Made by a program: the position numbers and the translations under genes
Source of the DNA: Mobula hypostoma
Taxonomy: Eukaryota
DNA: 64,000 nt
Assembly (NCBI RefSeq): GCF_963921235.1
Contig: NC_086097.1
Coordinates: forward strand, 152,274,001 to 152,338,000
Reading direction: 5' to 3'
Shown: piece by piece, positions 24,391-37,465 of the stretch
Numbering within the stretch: the first letter of the stretch is position 1
How the letters are laid out: each line of letters opens with the position of its first letter
Notes under the pieces: generated by a model
Told to the model about the DNA's origin: nothing
Databases searched by the model: none
Seen by the model: only the letters and a program-made list of their open reading frames with translations

Positions 24391-24525
24391 TCTCCTGACG
24401 AAGGGTCTCAGCCCGAAACGTCAACTGTACCTCTTCCTAGAGATGCTGCCTCGTCTGCTGCGTTCACCAGCAACTTTGATGTGTGTTGCTTGAACTTCCA
24501 GCATCTGCAGAATTCCTCGTGTTTA
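24391..24525 (+). mobile_element. Penelope pLTR fragment beginning at a hammerhead motif
   Basis: CTGACGA agggtctcagccc GAAACGTC, followed by the same pLTR tail as 35970-36070. Confidence 0.8.
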
Positions 24526-24579
24526 CTAATTCTAAAGTGTTCATTGGCCTACTCACCTGTTACCTGTCCTACCTAGATT

Positions 24580-25110
24580 GCTCACCCCCACCCCCCCCCA
24601 AATAGTATCCAAAGCAATATACCTGTTATTGAGAAGAATGACTGTAGTGGTGCCTTCACTGGCTGCCAATCCCCTTTCCCCCTTTCCCTTTTGTGACAGT
24701 CACCCAGTTACCTATGTCCTACACTGTGGGTGTAACTACCTTCATGTATCTCCTGTCAATCAATCCCTCCATCTGCCAAATGAGCCAAGGGTCATCCAGC
24801 TTCAGTTCCAGTTCTCCAACACAGTCTGTAAGAAGCTGTAACTGGATGCACTTGTAGTTGTAGTTGTCAGGGATACTTGAGGTCTCTGTCTTCCTACATC
24901 CCACAAGAGGCTCACTCCACTATCCTGATTGTTATTCCCATTGCTCTTACTGCACAATAAGAAAGAAAGAAACACAGAAAGGAACTTACCAGAAACATAC
25001 ATTAGCCTCTGGCACTCCTCTTCAAAGCCTCTTGAGTCCAAGCCTCAACTCCCTACTCTAATCCTGGCCCACTCCCACAACAAACACTTTGCTTAAACCT
25101 AATTTCCTTT
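24580..25110 (-). mobile_element. CR1 5' UTR and ORF1 N-terminus (zinc finger/leucine zipper), degenerate
   Basis: ASCGM..IPDNYNYKCIQLQLLTDCVGELELKLDD..IDRRY..VVTP is homologous to the ORF1 start at 60299. Confidence 0.8.
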
Positions 25111-28100
25111 CATAGGCTCTTGCCAAGCATCTAATAATCTGTGTGAACTCAAGCTCCCAACAGGCTCTGCTCACTTTTCACATCCTACTCATTACTCTTC
25201 CAGGAGTAACTGTTCAGGCAATCTCTAGCTCTGCAGAAAGTATTGACACGTCCCATTCACGTTTCAAATCTGGTGCATTTCCTTTTCAAATGTGGTGTAT
25301 TTCTTGGTTAAAAGATTGACACAAAATCATGGGCTGAATGGTCTTTATGTGCTATACTCTTCTGTGCTCTGTTTCTATAATCCATAATATAATTGCATTC
25401 ACAACAAATTACCAAGTCATATAGGTGGGTCAGTAGCTGGGGAGGTCGGAGGGTGAAGGGGAATGGACGAGGAAATGACCATAATATAGAGCAGAGGACA
25501 TAGCAATGACTATTGTCATTTGTTCTATTTAGGTGCCCTGACTGAAAACAGCAAACCTCAAGCCTTACGTTCAGGCATGCTTAAACTGGACATTACTCTG
25601 CGCTAGAATGGAACTTCTGGGCTGGATACCCAATGACAGCCTTTTATGGATAGTGTCCGAAGAGATAACAGAAAGCATGTCTAGGCTTGTGATACACTGT
25701 AGATCATCAATAACAGGCTACCCAACTTCAAGGTGCTAGGCTTTAGAAAGAGATATGTGAGTTCTACTGTAAACATATCATCCATTAAATGACTTCTGCC
25801 TTAAAATAAAAAGAGATTCCTGTCACGCAGAATGGATGCTACCCAAGCCTCAATCATATAGAGGAAACATTGCCCATCTGGTGTCATCAAATTAGCATCT
25901 GTCCATATCGATATTCTGGTAGGGGAAAGAGAAGTGAGGGCTAATGACTAAGAAATAGGGATGCGGATTATGCTAATGTGGTAACAGGGAACCACAGAAA
26001 TATCCTTAAAGTAAAGACATGGAATGCAACAGTGAAACACCTAGGCTTCTGTGAACTTCATTATGTTAAGGCATACACCCATTGTTGTGGATAATTATTC
26101 TATTCCGTAATTAAAACCTGGCTTGTTAGTTGATTAAGTCTTTCTGTACAGACCTTTCTGCTATCAAAAACTAATTTTACTTTTAATCAAGTTTCCATGT
26201 AATCTTAGCAACACACACAAGGCAGAGGAACTCAGCAGGCTAGTAAAGGATGTAAAATCTGTACCAAATTTATGCTCAGGCTGATAGGCTTTGACTGGTC
26301 TCCTGGTGTGTAACAGTTTTAATAAACTGTCCCTTATTTTGAACACCAACTCTGCATGGCTTTTCCATTTGCTTGTACACATGAATTAGCATGATGTAAT
26401 GCAGGTTCAGGAAAAAAAGCAGTGAATATTGAAGAAAAACTTCTTTGTTATGGCTTATATATTCTTAAACTTAGATAATTAAAGATGTTGGATTTTAAAT
26501 CATTCTGTTAGAGACATTTCCTTTCTCTTATCAATTCCCCTCCTTCTCTACACTGACTTATTTTTCTCACTTTACCAGTTCTGATGGAACTTCAGAACAT
26601 TAACTTTCTTTATTTTTCCACAGATGCTGAACTGCAGAGTGTCTCCAGTATTTTCTTTTCTCTTTTTACCCAGAAATATTGGAAGAAGAATATTAACATA
26701 AAATATAAACTCCTCTGGAGTGAAACCAAGACACACCACTTCACAGAAAGGAGCAGCAATCTGCAGATTCATAAATCAGATTAAAGATGAATGGTCAAGT
26801 AATATTTTTGAGACAGATTAATAATTTTGCTGAAGAACCATTAATATCATTAATCTAAAGCATTAGTAACTCTATTTCTTTTTCCACAGATGCTGCACGA
26901 CCTGCTAAATGTTTCTATTTTTTTTTGTTTTTATTTTGAATTTCCAATGTCTGCAGTTTGCTTTCGATTTTTTTTTTACCAACATATCTGCATTATTTAA
27001 GAGTACCAAAGGATAAGGAGGTGGAAATGTGGGATGTGTTGTAGATCACCCTTGAGCTATTGGAAGGGCTCATTTCTTTCCTAATGTTTATGGACTGAAT
27101 TATCACAGAAAGTAGCAAGTTAAAACAATTCCCAAGCCTGCGAGGTAATCATCATGACTTTATCTACTGTACTATGCTGAAGTCAAATTTACTATTGGCA
27201 GCACAGCTGTGAACAGAGCACCAAACCAAAACTGGTTCACAGAAGCTTTCATTTGAAATCTGTGAGATTTCATGCATTATATAATGGAAAGAAATATATA
27301 TGGGAAACATAGAAACTCTGTGACTTCAGTTCATTGTAAAATATATTTTTTAATATATTCAGTCCAAAATTAAAAATAGAAGTTGAAATTCATGTTCCAA
27401 CATAAATAGTTCCGCCTTAATATTTAATAGCAGCTAGCAAGCAATGCTGTTAAGATTCTATGTTATTTAAACTGTCTGATTACTGGAAATATAAAGCAGC
27501 TTTTTCCCAAAAATAAAATGAGTTTTGGCAGTAACAACAGGCTCTCTGTATTATGTGTTGCTGTTGTGTGTACGAGAAATTGTCAAAAATCAATGGTACA
27601 TAACAACAGAGAAATAAAAATAGATAGAAGGCAGAACAACTATTGTTCAAGGATTGCACTGTGCATTTCCCATTCATTTTGCCCCATTCCCATCCTTACC
27701 CCTGGATGTTTCACTACACTATTGAGATCATCCTTAAAGATTAGTCAGCCCAGCAAATTCTTTTGAAGCTCTGTAGCAAGTCGTCCAGAGACAACCCAAA
27801 ATAAATCTTGGATATATGCGAAGCTGGACTGAATTTGCAATGGTTTGCTCTACATTGAAAAGGTAAAGTGGTATTCCTGTTTATTTGCTGACATTGGTTG
27901 AAGACTGGAGCACAGGACTGATGGAAGAGCTTTGTCAAGGAGGACATAGATGCAAGTTCGGTTTTCAAGGAAGCTTCTATCTTCAGTACTTTTCGGTACA
28001 TTATCCATGGGTAGGGAATAAAATGAGTGATGATTGTTCAATGCAGGAGGCAAATGCCTGACAGGCTAACTCTTGGACAGGCTATTGGAATTAAGTTTTC

Positions 28101-30659
28101 TGTCTGTTCTTACCAGGTTTTATGGGAGTAAGCTACAATTCTGAGCCTCATTATAACAACTGAACCTTTTTGATCAGTTGATATCTTCAGGGGATTCCAA
28201 CATAATGGCTCATTTTGATATTGTTAATGCAATAGCAAAATGGAGAGTATTTGATTGCTAAGTAAGGAAAATAAATTAGGATTTTGGTATTCTCATCTTT
28301 TTTTTTAATTGGAAATGTTTCTCTGAGAAAAACAGTATACAGCAATTTTTCCTGAGGCAGAGAGTGCTTTAAATGTCCTGTAATGCCATAAGCTAGCAGC
28401 AATTTAGCTTTGTGATGTTCAGAGCCATTTGAAAGGCATTGTTGCAGAAAGGGAGATAGAAAATTAGAATTCTTTCTCTTCTATACATTAGCCTGAACAA
28501 CTCACAGTCTTTATACTGAATGACAAAGTTTCCCTCCATTGCTTTGCTATCCCCCCATGCAAACTCGAACGCTGGAGAAGAGTCCAGCCCACACATATTT
28601 TTTTTACCAGCAGATTGGCAGTTCCACAATGCAGCACAATCCCATGATCAAGTTTTTTTTTGTTATGAGTTAATGCAGTTTTACATGGAGCAATCAGGTA
28701 AATTGGGAGTTAGTAGATTAGATTCACTGGGTCAGATTTATAAGCACATCCCCTCAATTTGTGACAGCAATAATGGATTGATTTTCAGATGTTTTGTTTC
28801 ATTTGTGTTCTTATTTCATCATAGTTAAATTATATAATTCTCTTAATCCTTGGTGTGCAGATGTCCAGTATGATAACCAAGACTGAAGAGATCAGTTTCC
28901 TCTTAATATAACCAAGTTAACACCAACGAATGTTTCAGTGGCCTTAAGGAATAGGTCATTTCAACACTTACATTTCTCACCTTCAATGGGCTAATAGGCC
29001 CTGAGTAAAAGCTTTACTTTTTAACCAAATTTGAAATTGCACTCCTACATTCAAAATTTGTGAAAAGAATGGAATGATGCAAAAAAAATGGTGCCCCATT
29101 TTATAGAAATAATTTTAAAGACGTACTACTAGTAATATATATAGAAGCAAAAATAACATTTTAATGTAGCTTTGGCTGGAGGATAATATCCAAAATTGAG
29201 ATGAAGTCAGAGATATTAGGGGAGGTGACTGAAAACTTGGTCAGAAGAGAAAATTTTAATGAGCACCTCACAAGAAGAGTGAGAAGTGGTAAAGGTGAAC
29301 ATGGAATATTCAAGAACTAAATGTTTAAAATAATAGAAACCTGTACTGGGGACAAAAGAATGCATAGTTAGATAAGCACTAGCACTTGCTTCAAAATGAG
29401 TTAATAATTCAGGCATAGAGTAATGTGAGGACATATTGGAAGGGCAGGGCAACAATAATTTTCCTTTTTTAATTTGAGTTTAATTTTCCAGTAATTGATT
29501 CTGGTACCATGTCATTTTAAGAAAGAAAAAACGTACTGTAGAGAAGTTATATAAGTACTTATCATATTCTTAAAATATCCTAAAGTATTTCACAAGCAAC
29601 TATTTATGTAACTGTAAAGTGCAGTAAGGGTTATTTATTAATTTATTACTGTTGTGTTAGCTTCTCTTTTTACATCAACATTTTTCTAGCTGGAAATGGT
29701 TGCTCCAGGGAGACTAAAAATCTGCAGCCAACAGTAATTTATCAAACATTAAAGTGCATGAGGTAAATTTTTTCATGTCCAATTTCTACCCTGTCCATAT
29801 ATATGTACTGGAGAGTTTTGTCTCCACGGTTCTATTTTTTTTTTGTTTAGAAACAGTGGAGAGGTGTAATTGTGCCATCTGTGAGGCTCTCTATGCAGTT
29901 TCTATGGGGATTCAAGCTCAGTGTTCTAATGTCTGATTTATAGAGTAGACTGCTGTGAATTTTGACACAGCAAAATAATATATTCTCATAAAATGCATTC
30001 TCTCTTTTGGACCACATTTCTATTATTTAGAATATCAAACAATGCAACTCAGTTACATACTTTAGTAAAAATGCATTTAGTATGCTTGTCTTCATTGGAT
30101 GGGTACCAGTCAGATGGTTCACTTTGTCCTGAATGGTTACAAGTTTCCCATGATCTAGTGATGCTGCACACATTCTTGCAAGTAAAGAGGGCTCATACTC
30201 TGTATCTGTAGGTCATGGAAAAGTGAAATCTTTAGAGATTATTCTGGAGTTATGGAATTATCTGGACAGCAGGCTTTAGTTAACATGAGAACCAGTTTTC
30301 AATGTAAGAATTGTTCATATTTTAACTTTCACTGATGCATGTGGACTATTGAAACCAGCCATCAGCTGCGGGACATACTGATTCTGTACAAATGCAAAGA
30401 CGTAGTGGATAGCAACAGATCAATATCCATGCTGGTTCGTGCTCATTGGAAGCCTTATGATGTCTGAACATCTCCCATATTAACACAAAAAAACTTTGTC
30501 ACTTAATACACATCTCAGGACATGTCTTTGTTGACATCAAACTGGAAATTGGAAACATGGAACTGAAAATTGCAAAATGGCTACAAATATGTGCAAAATA
30601 AACACGTGCTCTGCGTGCCACTTGTAAAATGATCCACCTTCAGAATCTCTGCTTCATCC

Positions 30660-31108
30660 TATAGCTTAAGCACAAACCCAACTCAGAAAAGTTGGTATGG
30701 TGATTGTTCTGCACATGATGGCAAGAAAATCCAGAGTTATGGGCACAGTTCAGCACATCACAGGAGCCATCCTCCCTTCTATGGACTCTGTTTGAACTTC
30801 TCTCTGCCACAGTAAACCTTCTATCCAATTGTCATAAGATTCTAGAATGGAACTCTTTTACAATAAGGTGAACTCTGGGCCTCACAAACACCTTCATTAT
30901 GATCTTCCACTTTATTGTTTATCTGCACTGCACTTTTTCAATAGCTTTTTGTACATTATTCAGGATTGTTGTTGTGCCTTAGTCCAGTAAAATGCTCTAT
31001 GTCAGTAAAGTGCTCTATGTAATGACTTGATCTGCATAAACAGTATACAAGACAAGCTTTTCATTGTATCTTGGTACCTGTGACAATAAACTAATACCAA
31101 TACCAATA
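30660..31108 (+). mobile_element. Rex1-like LINE 3' fragment
   Basis: WYG-like and VQHITG..LPSMD motifs, ending gtgacaataaactaataccaatacca. Confidence 0.6.
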
Positions 31109-31109
31109 T

Positions 31110-33310
31110 TTTGGAAGATGTGCAAGTGAATTGCTAATTCATGTGTAAAAAATATCTGGGTCATTGGATGGTGGAAAGGGGAAAGGTGAAAAGTTGGATG
31201 ATGTACCTTCTATGCTTGGATGGGAAAGACCATAAAATGGGTAAAATTGGAGGGGATTGAAGAGCAGATTATCGATTTATGAAAGGACAGAGAAGAGATT
31301 TATGTGTCACATGGTGTAATCTTGTAATTACAGAAGTTGCAAAGAATGATCTAGTGAATGTAAGGAGTTGGTGGGATTGAAGGTGACAACTAAGGAACTC
31401 TGATCTTTTCTGTTTAGGAGGATTCTGGCTGACTGCAAAGATGAAGGAAATAGATGAAGTCCATTCAAATGCTTTGATCACTATGGTCCAGGAGAAGCTA
31501 CAATTTAGGAAAAAGAAAACACCTGTGTAAAATATCTCACTATTGGAACAATTAGAGAATGAGGAATTGGAAGAATGGAATGGAATCATTACAAAATGCA
31601 GGGTAAGTGGGAGTATTCAGGATAGGTGTGGGAGTCTGTGTGGACAGAACAAATATTTGTGGCTAGGCTATTCACTGAAAAGGAGCAAAGAGATCCAGAA
31701 AGGGAAGAGACAGAAATGGGCATGTGAAAGTGGGAGCAGAGTAGAATTGGAGAGCAAGAGTGATGAAATTTTTGATCTGTGGGTCAGTGCGGGAAGTGGC
31801 ACCAAAGTAATTGTTGATATATTGAAGAAGAATCAAGCAAGTTGACCTGAGAGACAGAGACAAGCATCCGTCAAAAAAAAGCACCAAACATAGCTTGAGC
31901 TCATGCAAGTTCCTATCGTTACACCTTTGAGTTAGAGTAAGAAAGTGGAGTTGAAGGAGAAATTGTTCAGCCTGAGGACATTCAGTCTAGCAAATGAGTG
32001 CGTAGATAGGGGGTTCTCTATTCAAGGGAGAAATGAAGGACCTCCAGATGGAGGTGCAGAGGTGAGGATGAACCAGCTGGACCAGGAAAACGGAAATCAC
32101 CAAACTGGAAGGGGGCATTTGAGTTTCAGGGACATTAGTTGATGGGGACTGCATGGGACCAACAGAGAAAGAATGCAACCAAAATGAGCAATTTGGTCTT
32201 TGTGAGATACAGATTAGTTGTCTAGACTATAAAAGCTCTATACTTATCAACAAGATCGATGATATCAAGATTAGTTATAGTGAGCGGAATGCTGCAACTT
32301 CAGAAGCAGGTAGGTAGAGTGAGTGAGGGAGTGAAAAAATCAGGCCCCATCTGTAGATAGTAGTGAATGGACCTGAAGAGGGTCAGAGGTCAAAGATGGG
32401 GCCTCAGGTAAATTGGGAATTACGGAAACAGGAAAATAATCTGCTGACCTGGATGAGATCTTTTGGCAAAGAAATGAGCATGGAAGAAAGGATCAACATT
32501 GTGTCAGGCCTGGAATTCAGTAAGACAGAAGCGGCAGTAGGGTGGGGCTGAGAATGAGACTGAGGCCTCTGCAGAGGACAGATTAATTGGGTTAAGAGAG
32601 GGGAAGAGCAGAAGGAATTGTGAAAACAAGGCCCGGGGTATATTTGGGGGAACAGAAACGTCAGAAGAAACTGATGAGGGAGGAGGGTCAGGAAGGACAT
32701 TGTGATCTGATGTTGATGTGTGAAAGGAAGGAAATATGAAATCTACTGACACTGAATTTCGAAAAAATAAAGCAAAACTGTAGACCACAGCAGGTCTGAG
32801 ATAGGTTTTGGTGCAGAGAGAGGAAAAGAGCACGTATGCAGTAATTCATAACATGACACATGGAAGCCAGGGCACAATGTAAACGGAGCCTCAGGACAGG
32901 TTGAATAGCTTGAACATATCTGTGATACTAGAGGGTCCAAATGGTTAAAATCTGAGTAAAAAGACATGGGGGATGAGGTGCAACTTAAAGTATTTGCTCA
33001 GGAAGAGATGCAGCTGTAGAAGTGAGTTTTCTTCAAAACCTTAATGAAGATAAGAAAGGAAAGAGAGTCTATGAAGCGTGAATAAGGTAAAAAAAAAGGG
33101 ACCGATGTAAAGCAAAAGCAGTTTCTTTACTGCAGCATTCCTAGAAAAGAGCTTGCAGTGAAATCAATTGCAAATGAAGATCAGAAAAGGTTTTGAGGAA
33201 TACAAAGCAGAGTCACTTAACAAAAACCCAATTATTGATGTACTTTGGTAGCCACGTCATCAGGTTCAATTAGATTTCTGAACACTGCTGTTCTTCAAAG
33301 GGTTGATATT
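31110..33310 (-). mobile_element. Ancient, highly degenerate Penelope-like element
   Basis: The reverse complement at about 31120-31180 parallels the pre-GIY-YIG region of the young element (35290-35350). An LCTSI remnant (for LYTSI) lies near 32055. The coding strand has the same pyrimidine-rich bias. Confidence 0.55.
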
Positions 33311-33592
33311 GGATGATTTAGATTCATACTCAGATTCATTTGTCACATATATATCAAAACATAGTGAAATATATCACTAGTGGTAACAACCAACATACTC
33401 AAGGATGTGCTGGGCACAGTCCGCAAGTCTCGCCACACATATCGGGACCAACATGACCACAATGCTCGGCAGAATACCACAGAACACAGCCAGACTGAAC
33501 ATAGCAACCTACAAGGCAACAAAAGCAAAATAACACACATCAAAGTTGCTGGTGAACACAGCAGGCCAGGCAGCATCTTTAGGAAGAGGTGC

Positions 33593-33628
33593 AGTCGACG
33601 TTTCAGGCCGAGACCTTTCGTCAGGACT
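33593..33628 (-). ncRNA. Minimal type I hammerhead ribozyme motif (intact core)
   Basis: The minus strand reads AGUC CUGACGA AAGGUCUCGGCCU GAAAC GUC^GACU: stem I AGUC/GACU, stem II AGG/CCU and a loopless palindromic ACGU stem III. Confidence 0.8.
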
Positions 33629-34171
33629 AACTGAAGGAAGAGTGAGTAAGGGATTTGAAAGTTGGAGGGGGAGGGGGAGATCCAAAATGATAGGAGAAGA
33701 CAGGAGGGGGAGGGATGGAGCCAAGAGCTGGACAGGTGATTGGCAAAAGGGATACGAGAGGATCATGGGACAGGAGGTCCGGGAAGAAAGACAAGGGGGG
33801 GGTGAACCAGAGGATGGGCAAGGGGTATATTCAGAGGGACAGAGGGAGAAAAAGGAGAGTGAGAGAAAGAATGTGTGTATAAAAATAAGTAACAGATGGG
33901 GTACAAGGGGGAGGTGGGGCCTAGCGGAAGTTAGAGAAGTCGATGTTCATGCCATCAGGTTGGAGGCTACCCAGACGGAATATAAGGTGTTGTACCTCCA
34001 ACCTGAGTGTGGCTTCATCTTCACAGTAGAGGAGGCCGTGGATAGACATATCAGAATGGGAATGGGATGTGGAACTAAAATGTGTGGCCACTGGGAGATC
34101 CTGCTTTCTCTGGCGGACAGAGCGTAGATGTTCAGCAAAGCAGTCTCCCAGTCTGCGTCGGGTCTCGCCAA

Positions 34172-35650
34172 TACCTCGACACGGTTTTATTCCCCCTTGT
34201 TCAATCCCTTCCTACCTATGTTCGTGACACTTCTCACGCTCTTAAACTTTTCGAAGATTTTAAGTTCCCTGTCCCCCACCGCTTTATTTTCACCATGGAT
34301 GTCCAGTCCCTATATACTTCCATCCCCCATCAGGAAGGTCTCAAAGCTCTACGCTTCTTTTTGGATTCCAGACCTAATCAGTTCCCCTCTACCACCACTC
34401 TGCTCCGTCTAGCGGGATTAGTCCTTACTCTTAATAATTTCTCCTTTGGCTCCTCCCATTTCCTCCAAACTAAAGGTGTAGCTATGGGCACCCATATGGA
34501 TCCTAGCTATGCCTGCCTTTTCGTTGGCTTTCTGGAACAATCTATGTTCCGTGCCTATTCTGGTATCTGTCCCCCACTTTTCCTTCGCTATATCGACGAC
34601 TGCATTGGCGCTGCTTCCTGCATGCATGCAGAGCTCGTTCACTTTATTAACTTTGCCTCCAACTTTCACCCTGCCCTCAAGTTTACCTGGTCCATTTCCG
34701 ACACCTCCCTCCCCTTTCTAGATCTTTCTGTCTCTGTCTCTGGAGACAGCTTATTCACTGATGTCTACTATAAGCCTACTGACTCTCACAGCTATCTGGA
34801 CTATTCCTCTTCTCACCCTGTCTCTTGCAAAAACGCCATCCACTTCTCGCAATTCCTCCGTCTCCGCCGCATCTGCTCTGAGGATGAGGCTTTTCATTCT
34901 AGGACGAGGGAGATGTCCTTTTTTAAAGAAAGGGGCTTCCCTTCCTCCACTATAAACTCTGCTCTCAAATGCATCTCCCCCATTTCACGCACATCTACTC
35001 TCACTCCATCCTCCCTCCACCCCACTAGGAATAGGGTTCCCCTGGTCCACACCTACCACCCCACCAGCCTCAGGGTCCAACATATTATTCTCCGTAACTT
35101 CCGCCACCTCCAACGGGATCCCACCACTAAGCACATCTTTCCCTCCCCCCCCTCTGCTTTCCGCAGGGATCGCTCCCTATGAGACTCCCTTGTCCATTCG
35201 TCCCCCCCATCCCTCCCCACTGATCTCCCTCCTGGCACTTATCCGTGTAAGCGGAACAAGTGCTACACATGCCCTTACACTTCCTCCCTTACCACCATTC
35301 AGGGCCCCAAACAGTCCTTCCAGGTGAGGCGACACTTCACCTGTGAGTTGGCTGGGGTGATATACTGCGTCCGGTGCTCCCGATGTGGCCTTTTATATAT
35401 TGGCGAGACCCGACACAGACTGGGAGACCGCTTTGCTGAACACCTATGCTCTGTCCGCCAGAGAAAGCAGGATCTCCCAGTGGCCACACATTTTAATTCC
35501 ACATCCCATTCCCATTCTGACATGTCTATCCACGGCCTCCTCTACTGTAAAGATGAAGCCACACTCAGGCTGGAGGAACAACACCTTATATTCTGTCTGG
35601 GTAGCCTCCAACCTGATGGCATGAACATCAACTTCTCTAACTTCCACTAA
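34172..35650 (+). pseudogene. 5'-truncated Penelope RT + Cys-rich linker + GIY-YIG endonuclease, one in-frame TGA (35180-35182)
   Basis: MDVQSLYTSIP, GVAMG, RYIDD, FLDL, YYKPT. Linker CKRNKCYTC. VIYCVRCSRCGLLYIGET..RFAEH..HF..EE..GMN. ORFs 34082-35182 and 35324-35650 share a frame. Confidence 0.93.
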
Positions 35651-35937
35651 TGCCCCACTTCCCCTCATACCCCATCTGTTATTTATTTTTATACACACAT
35701 TCTTGCTCTCACTCTCCTTTTTCTCCCTCTGTCCCTCTGAATATACCTCTTGCCCATCCTCTGGGTTCCCCCCCGCCTTGTCTTTCTTCCCGGACCTCCT
35801 GTCCCATGATCCTCTCATATCCCTTTTGCCTATCACCTGTCCAGCTCTTGGCTCTATCCCTCCCCCTCCTGTCTTCTCCTATCATTTTGGATCTCCCCCT
35901 CCCCCTTTCAAATCTCTTACTAACTCTTCCTTCAGTT

Positions 35938-35973
35938 AGTCCTGACGAAGGGTCTCAGCCTGAAATGTCGACT
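35938..35973 (+). ncRNA. Minimal hammerhead ribozyme motif, with CpG-type substitutions
   Basis: AGTC CTGACGA agggtctcagcct GAAA T GTC GACT (C>T at 35966 relative to the other copies). Confidence 0.7.
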
Positions 35974-36519
35974 GTACCTCTTCCTAGAGATGCTGCCTGG
36001 CCTGCTGCGTTCACCAGCAACTTTGATGTGTGTTGCTTGAATTTCCAGCATCTGCAGAATTACTGTTGTTAAAAGCAAAATAAGCCCTGTTATTCCTCTC
36101 TCTCCTGCTCGTCCGTTCACTCATCCTTTAACCCCTGGACTTAATAGTAATCCAGATTTTGGCAGATTCGTGGATTTACAGACACTGGGACCCAACTTTC
36201 CCAGTGGACTCACAGAGATTCACAGACTCAAGGCTACGGCCATCGGGCTTCAATTTCTGGACAACAATTGATCTTTGAGTCTCAGTCTGGACTTCTGAAT
36301 AGCCTTCACACCAGTTCAGACATCTGTGTTATGAACGGGCTTCGATCTGGACTTCAGATTCACCTTTGGGCTTCAATGTTCGATTTCAAGCTAGGACTCA
36401 CAGTTGATGATGAATGATGACCCTGGATGAGGTCCTGAATTCTAAGCATCAAGCATTGGACTCACCAAGACCCTGATAGTACCCCCAGAACTTAAGCTTA
36501 AAATTTAAGTTTGCTGAAG

Positions 36520-37465
36520 TCACCACTGTCATTGACCTAATTAAAGGTGGTGAGGAATTAACATATAGGAGGGAGACTGAAAATCTGGCTGAGTAGTGCT
36601 ATAACAACAAATTCTCAGTCAATGCCAGCAAGACCAAAGAGCTGATTAATGACTTCAGGAGGAGGAAGCCAGAGGTCTATGAGCCAGTTCTCATTTGGGG
36701 ATCAAAGGAGGAGAGTGTCAGCCACTTTCGATTCCTCAGTGTTATGATTTCAAAAGATTTCTCCCAGAAACAGCATGTGAGTGCCATTATGAAAAAAGCA
36801 CTGCAGCACCTCTACTTTCTTCCAGCATGTCATCTAAAACTGTGATGAACTTCATTAGATGTGTAGTGAAGAGTACGGCCTGCTATGGAATCAGAAAAGT
36901 TCTCGCACAAAAGATCCTACATAAAGTAATGGATACAGCCCAGTCCATTATGGATAAATGCCTCCCTACCATTAAGTATATCTACACGTAGTGCTGTTGT
37001 AGGAAAGCATCACGTATCATGAGGGACCCCCCACCACCCAGGCTATGCTCTCTTCTCCTTGATGCCATCAGGGAGAAGGTACAGGAGCCTCAGGACCCAC
37101 ACTACCAGGTACAGGAACAGTTATTACCTCTCAACCATCAGGCTCTTGAATCTGAGAGGATAACTTCACATAACTTTACTTGCCCCATTACTGAATTGAA
37201 TTGCCGGTCCCACTATCTATCTACTCACTTTCAAGGTCTCTTCATCTCATTTTCTCGATATTTATTGCTTACTTATGATTATAATTTCTTTTGTTCATTT
37301 TTGTATTTGCAGATCATTGTCTTTTTACATTGATCTTTCATTGATTCTATTGTGTTTCTAGTATTTACTGTGAATGCCCACAAGAAAACATTCTCAGGGT
37401 TGTATATGGTCACACACACACACGCACACTTTGATAATAAATTTCTTTGAACTTTAGACTTTGAA
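36520..37465 (+). mobile_element. Rex1-like LINE 3' portion
   Basis: N..KTKELI.DFRR and MDTAQSI motifs, ending ttgataataaatttctttgaacttt. Confidence 0.8.

Larger units (their letters stand above)
33534..36070 (+). mobile_element. Penelope-like element (Neptune-type) with inverted pseudo-LTRs and a 13-bp TSD
   Basis: TSD AAAAGCAAAATAA (33521-33533, 36071-36083). 33532-34173 is the reverse complement of about 35398-36034. An RT and GIY-YIG ORF lies on the + strand. Confidence 0.95.

Noticed and set aside
25519..25606. Possible exon after tttgttctatttag (ALTENSKPQALRSGMLKLDITLR*)
   Set aside because: It has no recognisable homology, no partner exons and an early stop.
33546..34127. 193-aa ORF and similar ORFs at 35650-36072 and 45994-46287
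   Set aside because: They are translations of non-coding pLTR or antisense PLE sequence that recur in every copy.
34082..34171. Apparent novel N-terminus on the Penelope RT ORF
   Set aside because: It is the antisense reading of the inverted GIY-YIG arm, not a real domain.
36120..36520. Loosely repeated ggacttc/gggcttc units as a CRISPR-like or satellite array
   Set aside because: The spacing is irregular with no constant repeat, and the context is eukaryotic. It is probably the decayed interior of the element interrupted by the Penelope insertion.
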